In this document: piece by piece, positions 36,901 to 51,303 of the stretch
How positions within the stretch are numbered: the first letter of the stretch is position 1
How the letters are laid out: the number at the start of each line of letters is the position of its first letter
Assembly (NCBI GenBank): GCA_027604505.1
Contig: JADIIX010000114.1
Coordinates: forward strand, 1-64,000
Origin: Gonapodya sp. JEL0774
Lineage: Eukaryota
DNA length: 64,000 nucleotides
Reading direction: 5' to 3'
The notes under the pieces: generated by a model
The model's database searches: none
What the model saw: only the letters and a program-made list of their open reading frames with translations
What the model was told of the DNA's origin: nothing
Position numbers and translations under genes: made by a program

Positions 36901-39900
36901 ATTCAGACTTTCCATGTCGCCCAAGTCACCTTGCAAGGCTGGGTTAACAGTCACGAAACCCTCTCAGAACATCTCATACGTATGAACAACGTCCAGTCCT
37001 CTGCAAGTCCTGGGCAGCTTAAAATCGAAACTGGAATGCGATGGATGACTCATGCACACGACCACATAAGAGGGCAATTGACCGCAGTGGCTCCGACATT
37101 TGATGATGCGTTTGTAATCACAAGTGCAACTGACGGTGGATTGTTGGCATGGGCAAGTACGATGGAGGAACCGATCCAGGCAGAGAGTGAGTAGCGTCTG
37201 GCGATAGTCGGTTTATGAACAATCTGAGCGCAAGGATCACGTGTTTGTTTTTGTGTAGATTCTGCCGTCAACGAAAATATTTCGGTTGATAGTTCAGTAA
37301 CCGTGGGAGTAGAGGACATCACAGACAGTAAGGCTTACAGCCTGGAAGAAGCAAAACTGAAGTCCGAAAAAGACCGTGAACTGAGTGGTGCCGAAACGAA
37401 TAAACAGGTCACCAGAGCGTATATCGCGGATCTGCGCAATGAATTCAAGAAACTGGTCGAAGAGAATGAGAAGGCGCCGGCTGATTGTCAGTTGCCAAAA
37501 TCCGTTTTCTCTGTTGATGCTGGATTAAAGGAGGACATTGGTGAGTGGAAGTTTCTATTTTAGTTTACTCGACGACCCACTCTCCATTTTTGCGCCCACC
37601 CATATTAGAATCATGGACGGAACGAAAACGCGAGTCTTTAAAGAAGGAGCTGCAGTGGCCGTCCGCAAAAGAATCTTTGGGGTTAGAGAAACTACGCAAG
37701 AAGTTCTTGGACAACATTGACACGGAAAGGCTGGAAGTAGGGGCATTTCGGGTGGGTACAACAGCCTGGCTTTATAGTTTCAGCAAACCGATTCAAGTCT
37801 TCAGGGTAAGCACTCCGTGTCAACTTTTCGAACCATAAAACTTCCCGATGCCGTGCGAGCTTTGGTGGCGTCTTCGAAAATCAACCAAAAATCCGCGAAC
37901 ACTGAGCAGGTTCGCGCTTATTTCATACCCTCATTGCATTTACAACGAGTGATGTTCCTGCTTTAGTTATCAGATGGCAAATCGAGGCATCTAACAACCA
38001 CTAAGCCAGCAGAGGGCAACACAAAAGACGTCACAATGAAGCAAAAGAGGTTCGTCGACCAGAAGACTAAACTTGAAGCTCGTAAGCAAGAAAGAGCGGA
38101 ACGAGCAGCTCAGTGGAAAGACCTCCTAGAATCGAAACCTGATGAGAACTATCAGGATCCTCGAGATTTGGGGGCTATTCGTCAGGCTGAGCGTAACATG
38201 GGAGACTACAAGTTGAAATCAGCCGCCGATTATATTGTGCCGGAGAGCGATCGCGTGGATGTGGAAAAGAAGAAGCGGCAGGTGTTGCTTCTCATCGAAG
38301 CAATGCATCGACTACAAGAGGTGGGGGCGCTGTGTTTCGAGATGATTTCAGCTTTGCTCTCAACTTCCGCGCGTAGGGATTTAATCAACAGGTTTTTGAA
38401 TTGAGAGGCAGGAAGGTGTCTCTGGTTGATTTTATATCTTCGCAAACGAGTTTAGCTCTCCGACTCAATGCCGAGCTCACTCTGCTCGGTGAAGCAGTCC
38501 ATGACGAAGTGTGGGAACCCACGATGGATGTGAGTCGACATTGAACTTAGTGAGATAAAAATACCCGAAGCAATGCGAAGTTTCTTTGCAGACTTCGGCC
38601 TTCCCAGAGAGACGTTTTGATGTTAGCAAAAAGGTTCGTTGAAAGCAACTAAACTCTAAGAGTTCACTGCAGAATCAGCCCCCCGCCCCTCCCCTTGCTT
38701 CCTTCCCCGCCGCCTTTCAATTCTCAGGATATTGGCACCTTCCTAGAGACCACTAAACACGCTCTTTTAAATCGGAGGACGGGAGAAGACGGATTGGCCG
38801 GATTTGGCATCGGCTCTTCCGGATCGTCTCCCGGGAATCTCAGTTCACCGGCCGACGTCCTCCCAGTTGCGGACATGATTTTGAACGCACCTTCACCTAA
38901 GCTTATCGAGCAACCCAACCCGGTAGATGGAAGAGAAGGAAGGCCAAGTACCGTGAGCAGAGGTCCAGCTCAGATGTTAGAGGACAATATCAGACGAAAA
39001 ACACTCGCTTTCCGAAAGAATCAGATACAGAAGGTATCGCCCTGAATAATGGCCAATTAAGGTCGATTTGCGGTAATTGGACTATAACTTCACATGTGCA
39101 TGCAGGATATCGCCGCTAAAATTGATGAGTTCGACGAGATGGTAAAAATACTTATGCGTGAGCGAATTGCGCTTCAAGGAGGTGAGCATTGCTGACTTTT
39201 TCTGGAAGTCAGCATACAGAAGTGATATTCTTTGCAATCTGCAGACATCAAGTTTGCACAACTGAGGATGGTTGTTTTATATCGAGAATGGCTTCTTTTG
39301 AAAGAATTCGAGAAATTTGACCATGCATTGGAAGAAAAATTGTTGGTAAAGGCGACGGAAAAGGACGACATTACCGCGAAAGTAAGACATAGCCGGCCCC
39401 CCTCGCAGCATGGCTTTACTGATGAGCATATTATTAAATCGTCAGTTGTGTGATATGCAAACAAAGCTATCCATCAAGAAGGCAGAAGTCGAGGATGTAA
39501 CTGCGCGTTTGAAGAATATCCATGAGGAGTTCAAATCAACTCTGGGTGACAACAACAAGTTCGAAGATATTTTGAGCAAGACCTTCAAGCGGAAAATAAA
39601 GCGCAGTAAAGTTCGTGATGTGAATGTTTGAGAATCGTCAGTACTTTTCATAAACACATCTGGTTCTCAGAAAAGGGGGAAAGTCGGAGCAAACTCGCAG
39701 CAAGGCCAAGGCAGCAAAGAGAATGAGGAGGAAGAGCAAATGTCATCTGAATCCGATTCAGATTTTGAATCCGATCTTGATGACGATGAGGGGAGTGAAT
39801 CCGAGGGCCCGGAATACTGTCCCACAGATTGTGATCCGGCGGTTTATGCCAGTGTGCTGGAGCTTCGAGAACGCAAACTCGATGTCGAAGACATTCTCAA

Positions 39901-41399
39901 TGACATACAAAGGGCAGCCGAGGTAAGGGCGCTTGTGTGTTAATACCTGTCGGTCGTTGTACCCATTGAATTGCAATGCAGGCAACAAAGAAAGAGCATG
40001 ATGCTATTGTGAAGAAGGAACGATCCATTTTGGTTGCTTTTCAAACAGTTGAGGAAGAGATTCAAGCTTTCCAAACTCAGAAACAACAAAAACTGAATGA
40101 AATTCGCGTTGTTGTGCGTCTCATTGTTCGTCGTCCTGTCCACCATCAACCGTGATTGCTTGACTTGCTTCTTAAGGTCCCCTTACGACCACACCAACTC
40201 CTGCATCTTGATACTGTGACAAACACCATGTACGAGGATCTTTCTGAAGCGATTGTATTTTCCAATATCGGTTTGCAACAGCTTCGCTGCCGAATCGGAG
40301 ATCTGCAACGAGAGAAGGCCGATGTCAAGAAGCAACACCGAGAACTGAAAGGCTCCCATGTTACATTTGTAAAAAGCCGGAAAGAGAAAGAAGCGAACGT
40401 AAGTTTTCGTTCGTTCGCGGTAATGTTCACGGTGTCAACTAACTCTGAGAGTGGGTTTCACATAACTCAGCTTCAAGCACTAAGTACTCGATTAATTGAT
40501 GCCCAGATGCTTAAATTCGGGCGCCAAGTTGATCTGGAGAAGCTAGAGCGTCTGGGAGTAAACAAAACAGCCGATGAACTCCGAGATAAAATGGAGCGCG
40601 AAGAAAAGGAACGGTTTGCTGCCATGACGGCAATGGAGGTCAGTGATGTCGTCGACTTTTGACGGCTCTGGTTTTGAAGGTCGATTTGCAGGTCAGGCTC
40701 GGGGAATGGAAGGATGAACTGACCAACGTTGTAAAAGAAAACACTGCACGACTGGAGCGATTATTGAGGCTCAAGGAGCAACAAAGCAGACTTGAAGATG
40801 CTTTAGGGTCCAGTCAATCGAATGTAGTGAGTGAGTGCATTTACCGCAAACGCATGTATGCTTCAATATCCATTCGCCAGACCAACAACTATTCTGGACC
40901 GAATGGCCCGACGTCGCGAAGTGGTGACATTGCACAGCTTCACAATGTCACTGCTGCTCAGGCAAAGCAAATTGAGGCCTTGAAGGGGGAAATTGCTCAC
41001 CTCAACAGCAAGCCGATGAGGGGGAGCTCGCATTCCAACTTCACGAGCGGATCATCAGCTAAGTCAGGAAAGGCACTACCTCATCGGCTACCGTTGCCCG
41101 AAATTTCTAGTACCAAAAAACAGCCTGGGAATGCCCGTTTTGAGGGGTTTCACTCCGACTCTCTCCAGTTTCTCGCAGGGTCCGGTCTCAAACTACCTTC
41201 CCGGCCACAAGCACCCAATGTCCTTGGACTCGAGTCTTCCGATGGATTTAGAAGTGCAGAATACTTCGTGGATGGAAACCAGGACACTAGAGAGGGTTTG
41301 ATTCAGACCAAAGCTGACATCAATGTTGACGGCAAGCACAGCTCTGACAAACCCACGTCGGAAATGAAAATTGAATCATCAGTGAGCGCGACTCAGTAG
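33997..41399 (+). CDS. CFAP44: Cilia- and flagella-associated protein 44 (WDR52)
   Basis: [82 protein letters not shown]40 plus long coiled coils. Confidence 0.93.
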
Positions 41400-41647
41400 C
41401 TTTTACGGGCATTGTGCATGCACAAGTTTTAAAGGGACACAACATAAACATAGTGCCGTATCAATTAATTTGAGAAATTCGAGAAGAAGGAAATACAGTC
41501 TTCTCCACGTCCGGACTTCCCTTCAATTCCTTCAGTCACACAAGGGCAAAGCACGATTGCTCTTTCATTGGTATGTACATCACCATCAACTTTCGCGAAG
41601 TCGATCACTCCATTATTTGTAGCTTGACAATGAGTCACTGTGATTGT

Positions 41648-42908
41648 CTACATGGTCATGGTCTCAAATTCTCCCGACCTGTGTGCAGATTCTCTTGATC
41701 TCAGTGATCTTGAGTTGATTCGTACGTCCTGTGTTTTGTAATCGTCTCCAGTGGAGTGCTCAAACACCAGAGCGGACGGAATGGCACCAATTGAGCCTGC
41801 TGGAGGAGGGATGTTTGCGGATTGATTATCTACCGAGGCGCACATGAAGATATTGGGGGAGGTAGCACCAATGGAAACCACTCTCGGAGTTTGCGACAAT
41901 GTGGGGATTTTAAGTGGAGGTTCAGTTTGTTGAATGGATTGTCTTGAGGATCTCCGACTTGCAACTAGCGCACGTGCTTCGATTGAGTCCTCTAACGCAA
42001 CACCCGTCGGTGCACAGTTGTTTTTCATGAAATAAACGCTCATCGTATCATTTTGTTGCCGAACAGTGCGCTTCAGGTCGATTGCACTAGAGAGGTAACG
42101 GACGCGTTCAAAGCGCATTCTTTCGATGTGACCCTTAAAACCGCGAACGACAACATTCTTCGATGAGACATGTGATGAGAAGGCAGCTTCTAGGGTTCTC
42201 AATTCATTTGTGACCTCCTTAGAAGCAGAGCACGTCGATGTCAATATATGGAACGAACCGATGAGATGAAGTGAGGAAGTGGTGCGAAACGTTTGCATAC
42301 CTCCAAGGCTATTCGTAGATCTTCAATTTCTCTGTTCTTGGCGTTCAATTCTTGCTGCGCAGTGGCTTGTGAGGATCCAAAGTCAACAAGCGCGGAAGTG
42401 TGGGTCTCTAAGACTTCCTGTATTTTGCCAATCAGCATCGCTCTCTCGTCGTCAAATTTAGTGGAAGCTTGTTCCATGACAATTTTCTCCTACAAAATGC
42501 CTGGGAGCTACTTGACAGCAATTGCGATCAATAAATTTGCCTCTCACCTTCCGCCATTGGGATCTGTCTCGCTCCCACTGAGCTCTTTGCTCCCCGAGGG
42601 AATTCTCAAGTTGCCCTATCTTCTCCAGGAGACTCGCGACCTGGGTTTGTCCAGCAGAATCCCCAGACAGTTGGTGTGGTGTCCCCCCGTTGTCCCTCTT
42701 CGTTTTCAGGGCCCCATCTTCCTCCACGTTACCTGCAACGACCGTTACAGTGGTTGGCTTCTCTGAAGTCCCACGATATAAGGCAGATTCGCCTTGTTCC
42801 TGCTGATGGATTTGATTTACTGCACCTCCCGAAATGAAAAGGTCTATTACTTGCCATCTTCTCGTTTTCAATGGTTTTCGCACCAAGAAGCTTGTCGACG
42901 TCCATCAT
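41648..42908 (-). CDS. Hypothetical coiled-coil protein, 4 exons
   Basis: MMDVDKLLGAK..; exons LLEKIGQLENSLGEQRAQWERDR, AQQELNAKNREIEDLRIALE, ELRTLEAAF joined by GT-AG introns. Confidence 0.6.
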
Positions 42909-43141
42909 AAATGGATGCAGGAGTGGGGAATGCAATGTACAGAGGATCTTCGCACTTCGCACGAGTCGCGAAGACGGTGATTAATTTTGCAGCACTCACT
43001 CTTTTAACTACCGCTAAGCCGAGATATCCATGATGTCACGACCAGTAAACACTTCACAGTTTACATTCATTGTGAATAAATTTGGCTCAGCTGCAGGAGT
43101 GCCACCTACCGAACAGACCCAACAAACCTCTAACCATCCAA

Positions 43142-45600
43142 ATGGCTGCATTCGAAGTGAGCAAGTCGGAAATACACGAAATCTTCCGCAAGCTCAAATC
43201 CAAACGGGAAAACAAAATAGTGTGTTTCTCGACGGGTCGGGCAGTCACGATGAAATCCTGAAAGCGCCACCATTCGACCCGTTCACTTTTTCGCCATTCG
43301 CCGATGCCAGTGCTTTGATTGTAATGCCAAAAATCCAACTTGGTCATCAGTGACGTTCGGAGTGTATCTGTGTCTTGACTGCTCCGCAGTTCATAGAAAC
43401 ATGGGTAAGTTATCTCTCACCGAGCCTGACATGGGCGAGCTAGTGGGTCTTGGAGAAGAGAGAACACAACTTCTTACCGCTTTGATTTCATGCAGGAGTT
43501 CATATTACATTTGTGCGGTCAGTCTCTCTCTCGAATAACTCCCATCTTCCTTTCTCCATGCTCAATTCACCACCGTCCTCTCTATTTGCTGCAAACATAA
43601 TCTATGTAGCTCCACTCTCCTAGATTCATGGACTCTCGACCAGCTTCGCAACATGAAGTGCGGTGGTAACGACCGAATCGCGGATTTCTTCCGGCCTTAT
43701 GGCGGATCTGACAAGTTCAAAGACGCAAAAACGAAGTACACATCCAGACAAGCTCAACTGTATCTGGAGAAGCTCGCCAAGCTCACTGCAGAGGACGCTC
43801 GCCGGTGAGTATGTGTAACCGCTTGACATGAACCAGCGCAACCCTGTAGGGTAAGACTGTGTAGGAAATTGCACTTTTCGTTAAACTCACCAAGTGGAGA
43901 GCTTGCAATTATTGGCGGAAATTTCTGACTCAAAATCTCTGCGTTGCCGCTCCGGTTCCGTTCATCCTTGGGGTTACCTCGCTTCCAAGACACCCCGATA
44001 AAATTATCCTTGACGACAGCGAAGAACTACAAGCAGAAAATGCGCAAGAAGATAAATCGAAAGCGGACTTCTTCGAAACTCACCTCTCTGATCCGGTTTT
44101 GAATGGTCGAGCATCACCGTCCGTGGCCCGCTCAGGATCGCCCGCGCTCTCTCGTTCCGGAACTCCGACTGTTGCTCCGCGTGAGAGCTCACCGTCGTTG
44201 CCACATGTTAGCACGCCGACTAGCCGCAGTAGCAGCAGTACAAACATTTCAGGATCTCCTCCTCGCCCAACACCACATTCTCCCCCTCCAGCCACCACTC
44301 CACCGGTCAGCGCTTTTTCCCCTGCACCACCAGTCGTGAAGCCAACGAACTCGACCGCAGATTCCACCACATCGGATGCTACCCCCGACGAGACGACTAC
44401 TTGGGCTGTCGAGAGATCCACAACCCCCAAACCCCAGGGGCCTATTTATCCCTTGAATTCGTCCCCCTCCGCCGAACAAGGCAGCATCCTTATGCACGCG
44501 CCTGCACCCTCGCCATCCCATGCTCCCGCTATCCGTTCCACTCTCCTAACCACCAAGAAGAAGGGTCTTGGAGCGAAGAAGGCAAACAAAGCAGCCGCAA
44601 TAAACTTTGAGGAAGCCGAGCGTCGTGCCAAAGAAGAGGAGGCCCGGATCAGAGAAGAGGACGAGCGACGGAAGGCATCTGAGGAAGAGACGAGGAAGCT
44701 CGACCCCTTCGCGGCAGCACTGACTGGCTCCAGCGCCGGCTCCGGATCCGTCGGTGCGGGTCGTCTTGCATATGTGGATCCCACTGTACCACCGGGATCT
44801 AGAACGCCCAATCAACAAAAGGCGAACGACGAAGCGATGGATAGGTTAGGTATGGGTATGGGAAGAATGGGTTTCGGTTTCGATCCCACGGCAGGTTCGC
44901 AAACTGGCGCGGCAATGGGGGGGGCTATTCGAAAGTCCACCACGACGGCTTACACACCAAATCCGGCTCCCACCATTGGAGGCGGTTTCGGCTTCGGTTT
45001 CGGCGGCTCTTCTGCAAGTGAACCTCCTTCGGACACCGCAGAGGCACAAAATCGATTTGGAAAAGCCAAGGCCATCAGCTCGGACATGTACTTTGGGAGA
45101 GGCAACCACGTCGACGAGGGAGGGTGAGTTCAGTGGATTTCTCGGTTCTCAGAACGATTGCCGGTAACCCTGGATTGTGCGTGTTTGAATTCTACCATCA
45201 GTGCGGAAGCGCGCGATAAGCTCCGGCAATTTGAGGGGAAATCTGGATTTGGGAGTGCCGATTACTATGGCCGAGATGAGGGGTGAGGTGTCATTTCGTT
45301 TCTCCCACTGGATGGAATGTATTGACACTACCGAGTGATCGTGCAAGGATTCAACCTTCTTCATCTCCTACCGGTGCGAATCTCACGGATATGGCCAGTG
45401 TGGTCGGTTCGAATGCCGCCGATTTTGCGCGCCGGTTTTCTTCGCAAGCGAGGGACGAGCTGGATTCTCTATCGCGTGTCGCAACTGTTGCGGGCGGGAA
45501 GTTGGCACAAGCCTTGCAAGATTTTCAGGTGAGTTTGACATGCCAGATCGAGGAAGATAAATATGCTGATTTTCGTCGCCCAAAGCGCGGAGGGAGGTAG
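43142..45600 (+). CDS. GLO3: ArfGAP, Glo3/ARFGAP2-3 family
   Basis: [39 protein letters not shown] zinc finger; [14 protein letters not shown]; Glo3 motif [11 protein letters not shown]. Confidence 0.94.
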
Positions 45601-45667
45601 TTTTACTATACTGAGAATGTAATGCGTACACAGTGCGCGAATTGATATCAAAATGACTACGCGATGT

Positions 45668-48600
45668 TCATTCTTTTGTTTCAGTCAGAGCGTCCATTTC
45701 GCGTAACAGTTCATCCAATTCTCCCACGTTCTCCTCCGATCGCCATTCGCCTTGTGGATCAGTGGTGGATACCCCACCGGTTACAAGCTCGTCCATCTCC
45801 TTCAACAAGTCCGCAACATCAGGATCAGCTGGTCGGTCATCAAACTTAAGCTGTTTGTCTTTCGTTTGTGGAACATTTGGGAGAGTTGATGCCTCGCCCA
45901 TGGGCAACATGCCAGTTGTTTTATAAGCCGATCCCTCATCATCGTCCGCTTCTCCCAATTCGAACAGGTCTCGCGAAGATTTCTACCGTAAATGAAGGAC
46001 GAATCACGATATGGCTTACAAAAAATTAAGTCAAAACATTTTGTTTGTCTCACCACCGCACTTGAAGCCCTTCCTCCTAAACTTCGACCTGAGGATTCCA
46101 AACCCCCACCTGCAATTGATGCTTCCACCCGACTATTCTTCATCGCGTTTGCAGTTACGCGCTGGAAACTGGATTCGAGTGAACTGAGCAGTGGTGTTAA
46201 ACGGTCATTTACGGAGAGGATCTCCTGTTGACCGAATGAGACATCATGAGAATGATCTTGCTATCATTTAGCAATCCAGTCATCCGAAAATTCATTATTG
46301 CTGATGTATCTCTACTCGTCCCGGGACTCACCATGAGAGTCCTCTCATCATCCACCAGGTTGTCGTTCACCGCGGCAAGTAGTCTCGATTGAATGGCTGA
46401 ATATTGCAAGTAAAGTTGCTATAACATAGGGATATCACCAAGGTGTTCTCAGGCAGATGTCTCCTGACCCTACCTCCAATATTTCAGTGTCAGCTCTGGG
46501 ATCGTTTGAGAGAATAGACTCGATCAAGGCCAAGCCGTCCTGCGCAGATGCGAGATACTCTGACACACTGTCTCTGTCAAAACCACGAGCAGTAAGTGCA
46601 GGCTCATCCTAGTGGTGCGAAGGAAAATGAACTCGAGCGCAATTAGGACCCCAATCACTACTCACTACAGTTGGTCCCTGACCGCTAGATCTCTGTTCTT
46701 CCTGCAAACGACCAGCTTGCTGTTTCAAGTTTTCGTTGGCTGATGCTATTTCCTCCTCCCACTTTTGCTCCTCCTCCTCTTCCATGTTGGTGGCAAGGTG
46801 TGCTTCATCAGTTCCTGTCTCTTCAAACATTTTCCGTCGCTGTTCCTCCTCGTTCGCAGCAAGTCTAGCGTTTTCTGCACATTTCAGAGCAATTTGACCA
46901 CAGAATTCCGCGATCATGCTTGACTCCCCTGCGGAATCCAATAGGGTGGCAGAGCCATCGATATGTTGATTCTGTTCCGCGATATCATCAAGCGCAAGGG
47001 ACGTAATCGTATTATTTTTGCGGATTGTTGCGTTTAAAGCCATGAGTCCACTGAGATTGATTGGGTTATGGGAAAGGTCAAGCCGACGGAGATTCCGGGT
47101 TAGAGGTAGTGCTTCGGCCAGTGTGATGGCACCTTCGAGGATTGGAACAATGACGTCAAGGAACTCTCACGAACGAACACATTGGTATGAGATATTCTCC
47201 ACTCACCTTCGGAGGACAAACGTGTGTTTGATAAATCCAGTTCCTCCAACGTCCGATTGACTGCGAGAGCATCCTTCAAGTTCTCGATCTGTTGGGATTA
47301 ATACGTGTCAAAGTGCATGATATGAGTTCAGAGAACAAAAGTTGAGGAGTGTGGGGCTGGGGACTTTTTCTCACACAAAGGCAGTGGAGCCAAGACAGTG
47401 GAGTCACGCGAACTTACCGCAATGGTGCTGGGACCGCAACAACGGTTTCGGGATAAATTTAGAACTTTCATGCCACTGTTCACCTTCTATAATTGAGGGT
47501 GAGGGTATTGTGAGCAGCACGCGCAGAGCCGCTCAGATAATCAAAAGCTCACCAGAGCTTCCGCGAGAATTCTCAAGCCAGTAGAGTCTATCCCACAATC
47601 TCTGAGTAGCACATGTTTTATCGACGAATTCAATCCTAACGCCATGGCGATGTGCTGTACACCTTGCCCCAGAGGGTTCTCGGATACATCTAGGTGACCC
47701 AATCCCGCAATGTGTCGTGTTGATTCACCACTCCTTCTGTTCCGCATTCTCACCCTGCGGAGATCTTCATCCGGTGAAATCATATCCGCAACCCACTGCA
47801 CTCCGGTGGCGTCTATCGCACACCGTCGAAGCGAGATGTAGCTCAGATTAGAAACAACAACACTCCTTGAAAGCACCTCAAGTAGTGATGAGCGAAATCG
47901 GCAGTTGTCAAGCTTCAGAACTTCCAATACGGCACCAATACCGCCTTGGGAAGGTGTGTTCGCGGGTACGGGACCCATTGCAAGGGCATGCGCGAGGTAA
48001 TGCATGGAGCTGCGGTCGAATGTGAGGCCAGACACGTCAAGGTATTTCAGCGTTTGGGACTAAGAAAAAAGTCCCGAACCCAGTCAAACAAAAGCAGACT
48101 ACAGCTGATGTTTTATACATGCCTTCTTAACGTAAATGCAAAAGTACTTGATGCCGGTAGCAGTCAGCTTTTGACTTGTAACCGATATTTATCAATCCCG
48201 ATGAACGGCAATAATGTGAAACATATGGCTTTACCGCACTTGTTCCCCAGATTCATCCATGGCAACTTGTCAACAGAGAGTAGATGGTGTAGGATCACTT
48301 TAAGCGTGTCATCGTCGAGTGAGCAATTCTCCAAACTGAGCTGCTTTAAACCGAAGTCGCAGCTGAGGATGATGGCAAGAGGGAGGACATTCTTGTTGGT
48401 AATAGGAACACCTTAGATTTCAAGGCGAAATTCACGACAGGCCGCTCAGTATTCAGTCCTCATCGTCGCAAAGTAGGAAACGCACCGGAAAGATCGATCT
48501 TGGTCAAGGTTTCAGCATGCTGTTCGAACGATTCCTAGCAACTTTTGCCGATCAGAGTTCAGTAAGATTAATCACGTTCCTCAAAGCCCCACCTGCATTT

Positions 48601-49624
48601 GCTCCACAAGTTTCCCAATTGGTGTTTCTCGATAACTTTCGCATTCAGTCATGTAAAGGTTGTAAACGTCTGAGACTGTGGCTGCCCTGTTTTCGTCTGA
48701 GCTTTGCTCGTCTCCACCGCCCTCTTCCGGGCCAACCTCCTCATGAGACGCTCCAATAATGTCCACAGACACATCATGCTCCGAAAAGCGGACTCGACGG
48801 CTCATGCGCGCGTGTTCATCATCGAGAGAGAGTTGCGACCCGAGGGGTGTGATATCGGATGGCAGGACGCGATTTCCCAGGAGAGCGAGTTGCGACGATG
48901 TTGAAGAGGAGGATGGTGGGGTGCCTGCAGGAGTGGATGTGTTGGATCTAATAGTGTTCACAAGTGTCCCGAGCGGGGTGGCTAAGTTGGTTGGTAGGTG
49001 CTTCGAGAGCCAGCTGCGAGCACCATCAATTGCCGTAATCGTAGTGTTGGATGAAGGAGGAGGTGTGTGCGGTTTAAGAATGCCCTTTGATGGTTTGTGG
49101 AGTGCAGATGCGTTCAATGAGTTCCGATGGTGATGGGAAATGTCAACTTGAGAGGACTGAGCAGATGAAGAAGAAACTGCTACTCCAGCGTTTCCTGTTG
49201 AGAGTAGCTCAGTAGCATCTGCTCCTTGAAGTAACCATGCGAGGGATTCGTCCAGAAGTGATGTTGTGGTATACGAGGTTCCAATCGACAACAAGTGCGA
49301 TACCACGTTGGTGATCATTTCGGGCGGAAAACCTTCATCTACAAGCTGTGCAACGACAACGTCCGGGTCGCACTGTGTCACATTTTCAACTCCATTGTTC
49401 TGTTCAAGAGGGGATGCGCTGCCAAGCTCAGCCGAATTTGTTTCCGTGGGCACTGCAGTACCTATGTTCTGCGCAGATTCGAGAGGACCAGCATCTAAAG
49501 AGTGTTGTGCGTTGGCTAGTGAGAAAGTGAGGGAATACGGTCCCAGGCATAAGTCGGGAGACCGAGCATTCGTTTTGGAGATTTCAGAGTCATTGAGGGG
49601 AGAATCACGATTTTGATAAGGCAC
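45668..49624 (-). CDS. RNI-like LRR protein, PPP1R37/Mhp1-Gip3-like PP1 regulator, with UBA-like N-terminal segment; start uncertain
   Basis: KGILK and RRVRF PP1-docking-type motifs; LRR exons LEVLKLDNC, LSYISLRRC, LGHLDVSEN, LDLSHNP; QLVDEGFPPEM UBA-like. Confidence 0.75.
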
Positions 49625-49766
49625 CGACCACTAGTTTCCATTTTCCTGATCCCAGATCCGAATCGGTTTCTTGTCCAATGGTGGATGAATGATGATACAT
49701 ACAAACACAGCTGGCTGTGGTGGTCACAGAGCGGGTCATGTAAGACAGAATTGCCGAACAATCGCC

Positions 49767-51303
49767 ATGGCCGATGCGAACATATTAACATACAGGGCTC
49801 CGTGGCCCGTGTATGGTCTTGGATGGTGTAATCGTCAACAAACCTTCAGACTTGGTGTGAGCTCCTACATTGAGGAGTACTCCAACAAGGTTAGGAGCAC
49901 GCCGTTGAGGTCTGATCCTGCTTTGAGGCTTGGAAGGTATCGCTTCTCTATCATAAGCACATACCACTCTCTAGATTCAGGTCATTTCCCTTCCCGACCG
50001 GGGATCGGACTTCCTTGCCATTGCAGAAGCTGACCACCAATATCCAGTAACAAAACTCGCCTGGATTCCCCCAAAGGTTCATATTCGAGTTTCCTTGTCC
50101 TTCCTTCGCGGTTTCGCACATTCAGTGTCCAATGAAACTGTCCTCATGTTCATTGGACTGGCAGAATACGAATGTCGAGCTCATGGCTACAACTGGTGAC
50201 TTTCTACGGATTTGGGATTTTCGGTCGGGGGATGGCCATATCCTCGGATCAGGAAACAACTCAAGTTTGACTCTCAAGGCTACTCTTGCGAATATTCGGA
50301 AAATGTCGGTGGGTGGATGTCACTCGCACGGCTCAAAATCTTGCACATTCCAAACGCACATCCAATTCAGACCAAACGAGATTATTCTGCCCCTCTCACC
50401 AGCTTTGATTGGAATAGTGACGATCCTTCGATGATTGTGACATGCAGCATTGACACAACATGCACTGTGTGGGATATTCACGTTGGTGTAGAGAAGATCC
50501 GTGTCATCGGCATCAAGTCGCTTCTGACTCCATTGGACACGGCGCACCCATTTTTTTTTCATTGCCTCGTTGTGTACAGACTCAGCAAGCGAAGACACAA
50601 CTAATTGCGCACGATAAAGAGGTTTACGACGTCGCATTCGCCCGAGGCACCGATATCTTTGCGAGTGTCGGAGCCGATGGCTCCGTTCGCATGTTTGATT
50701 TACGGTGAGGTATTTGACACCGCAAGATTTTTGATGCAAAGAATGCTTTGCTGATGTCCTTTCGTATTGGGGCACAGATCCCTAGACCATTCCACTATTA
50801 TGTACGAAACCCCATCTCCTGGATCACCTCAAAACTCGGTCTCAACCGAGAACCCCGCCCTTCTTCGCCTCTCTTGGAACAAACAAGATCCAAACTATAT
50901 GGCGACGTTCCAGGTTGACGACTCCCAGGTTATCTTGTTGGATGTACGGGTACCTGCTGTGCCAATTACACACCTGCAGGGCCACCGTGCCAATGTGAAC
51001 GGGATACAGTGGTCACCAACAAGTGCTGAGTACCTTTGCAGTGTGGGTGAGTGATTTGTCAAAGTTGCAAGCTTCCCTTGTGCAATCGACCGCTGTGTTC
51101 CTTTTACAACCTCCACAGGCGATGATAGCCAGGCACTGGTGTGGAAAATAGATGCAGGCACGCACACTAAAGGTCAACCAACTACCGTTCCAGCGATGGT
51201 GTATGATGCTGAAGCTGAGGTTAACTCCCTCCATTGGAATTCAGCGATGACCGACTGGGTTTCGATAGCATGTGGCTCGACAGTGCAGGCAGTAAAACTT
51301 TGA
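49767..51303 (+). CDS. DCAF7: WD40 protein DCAF7/WDR68 (AN11/TTG1 family)
   Basis: [69 protein letters not shown]. Confidence 0.96.
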
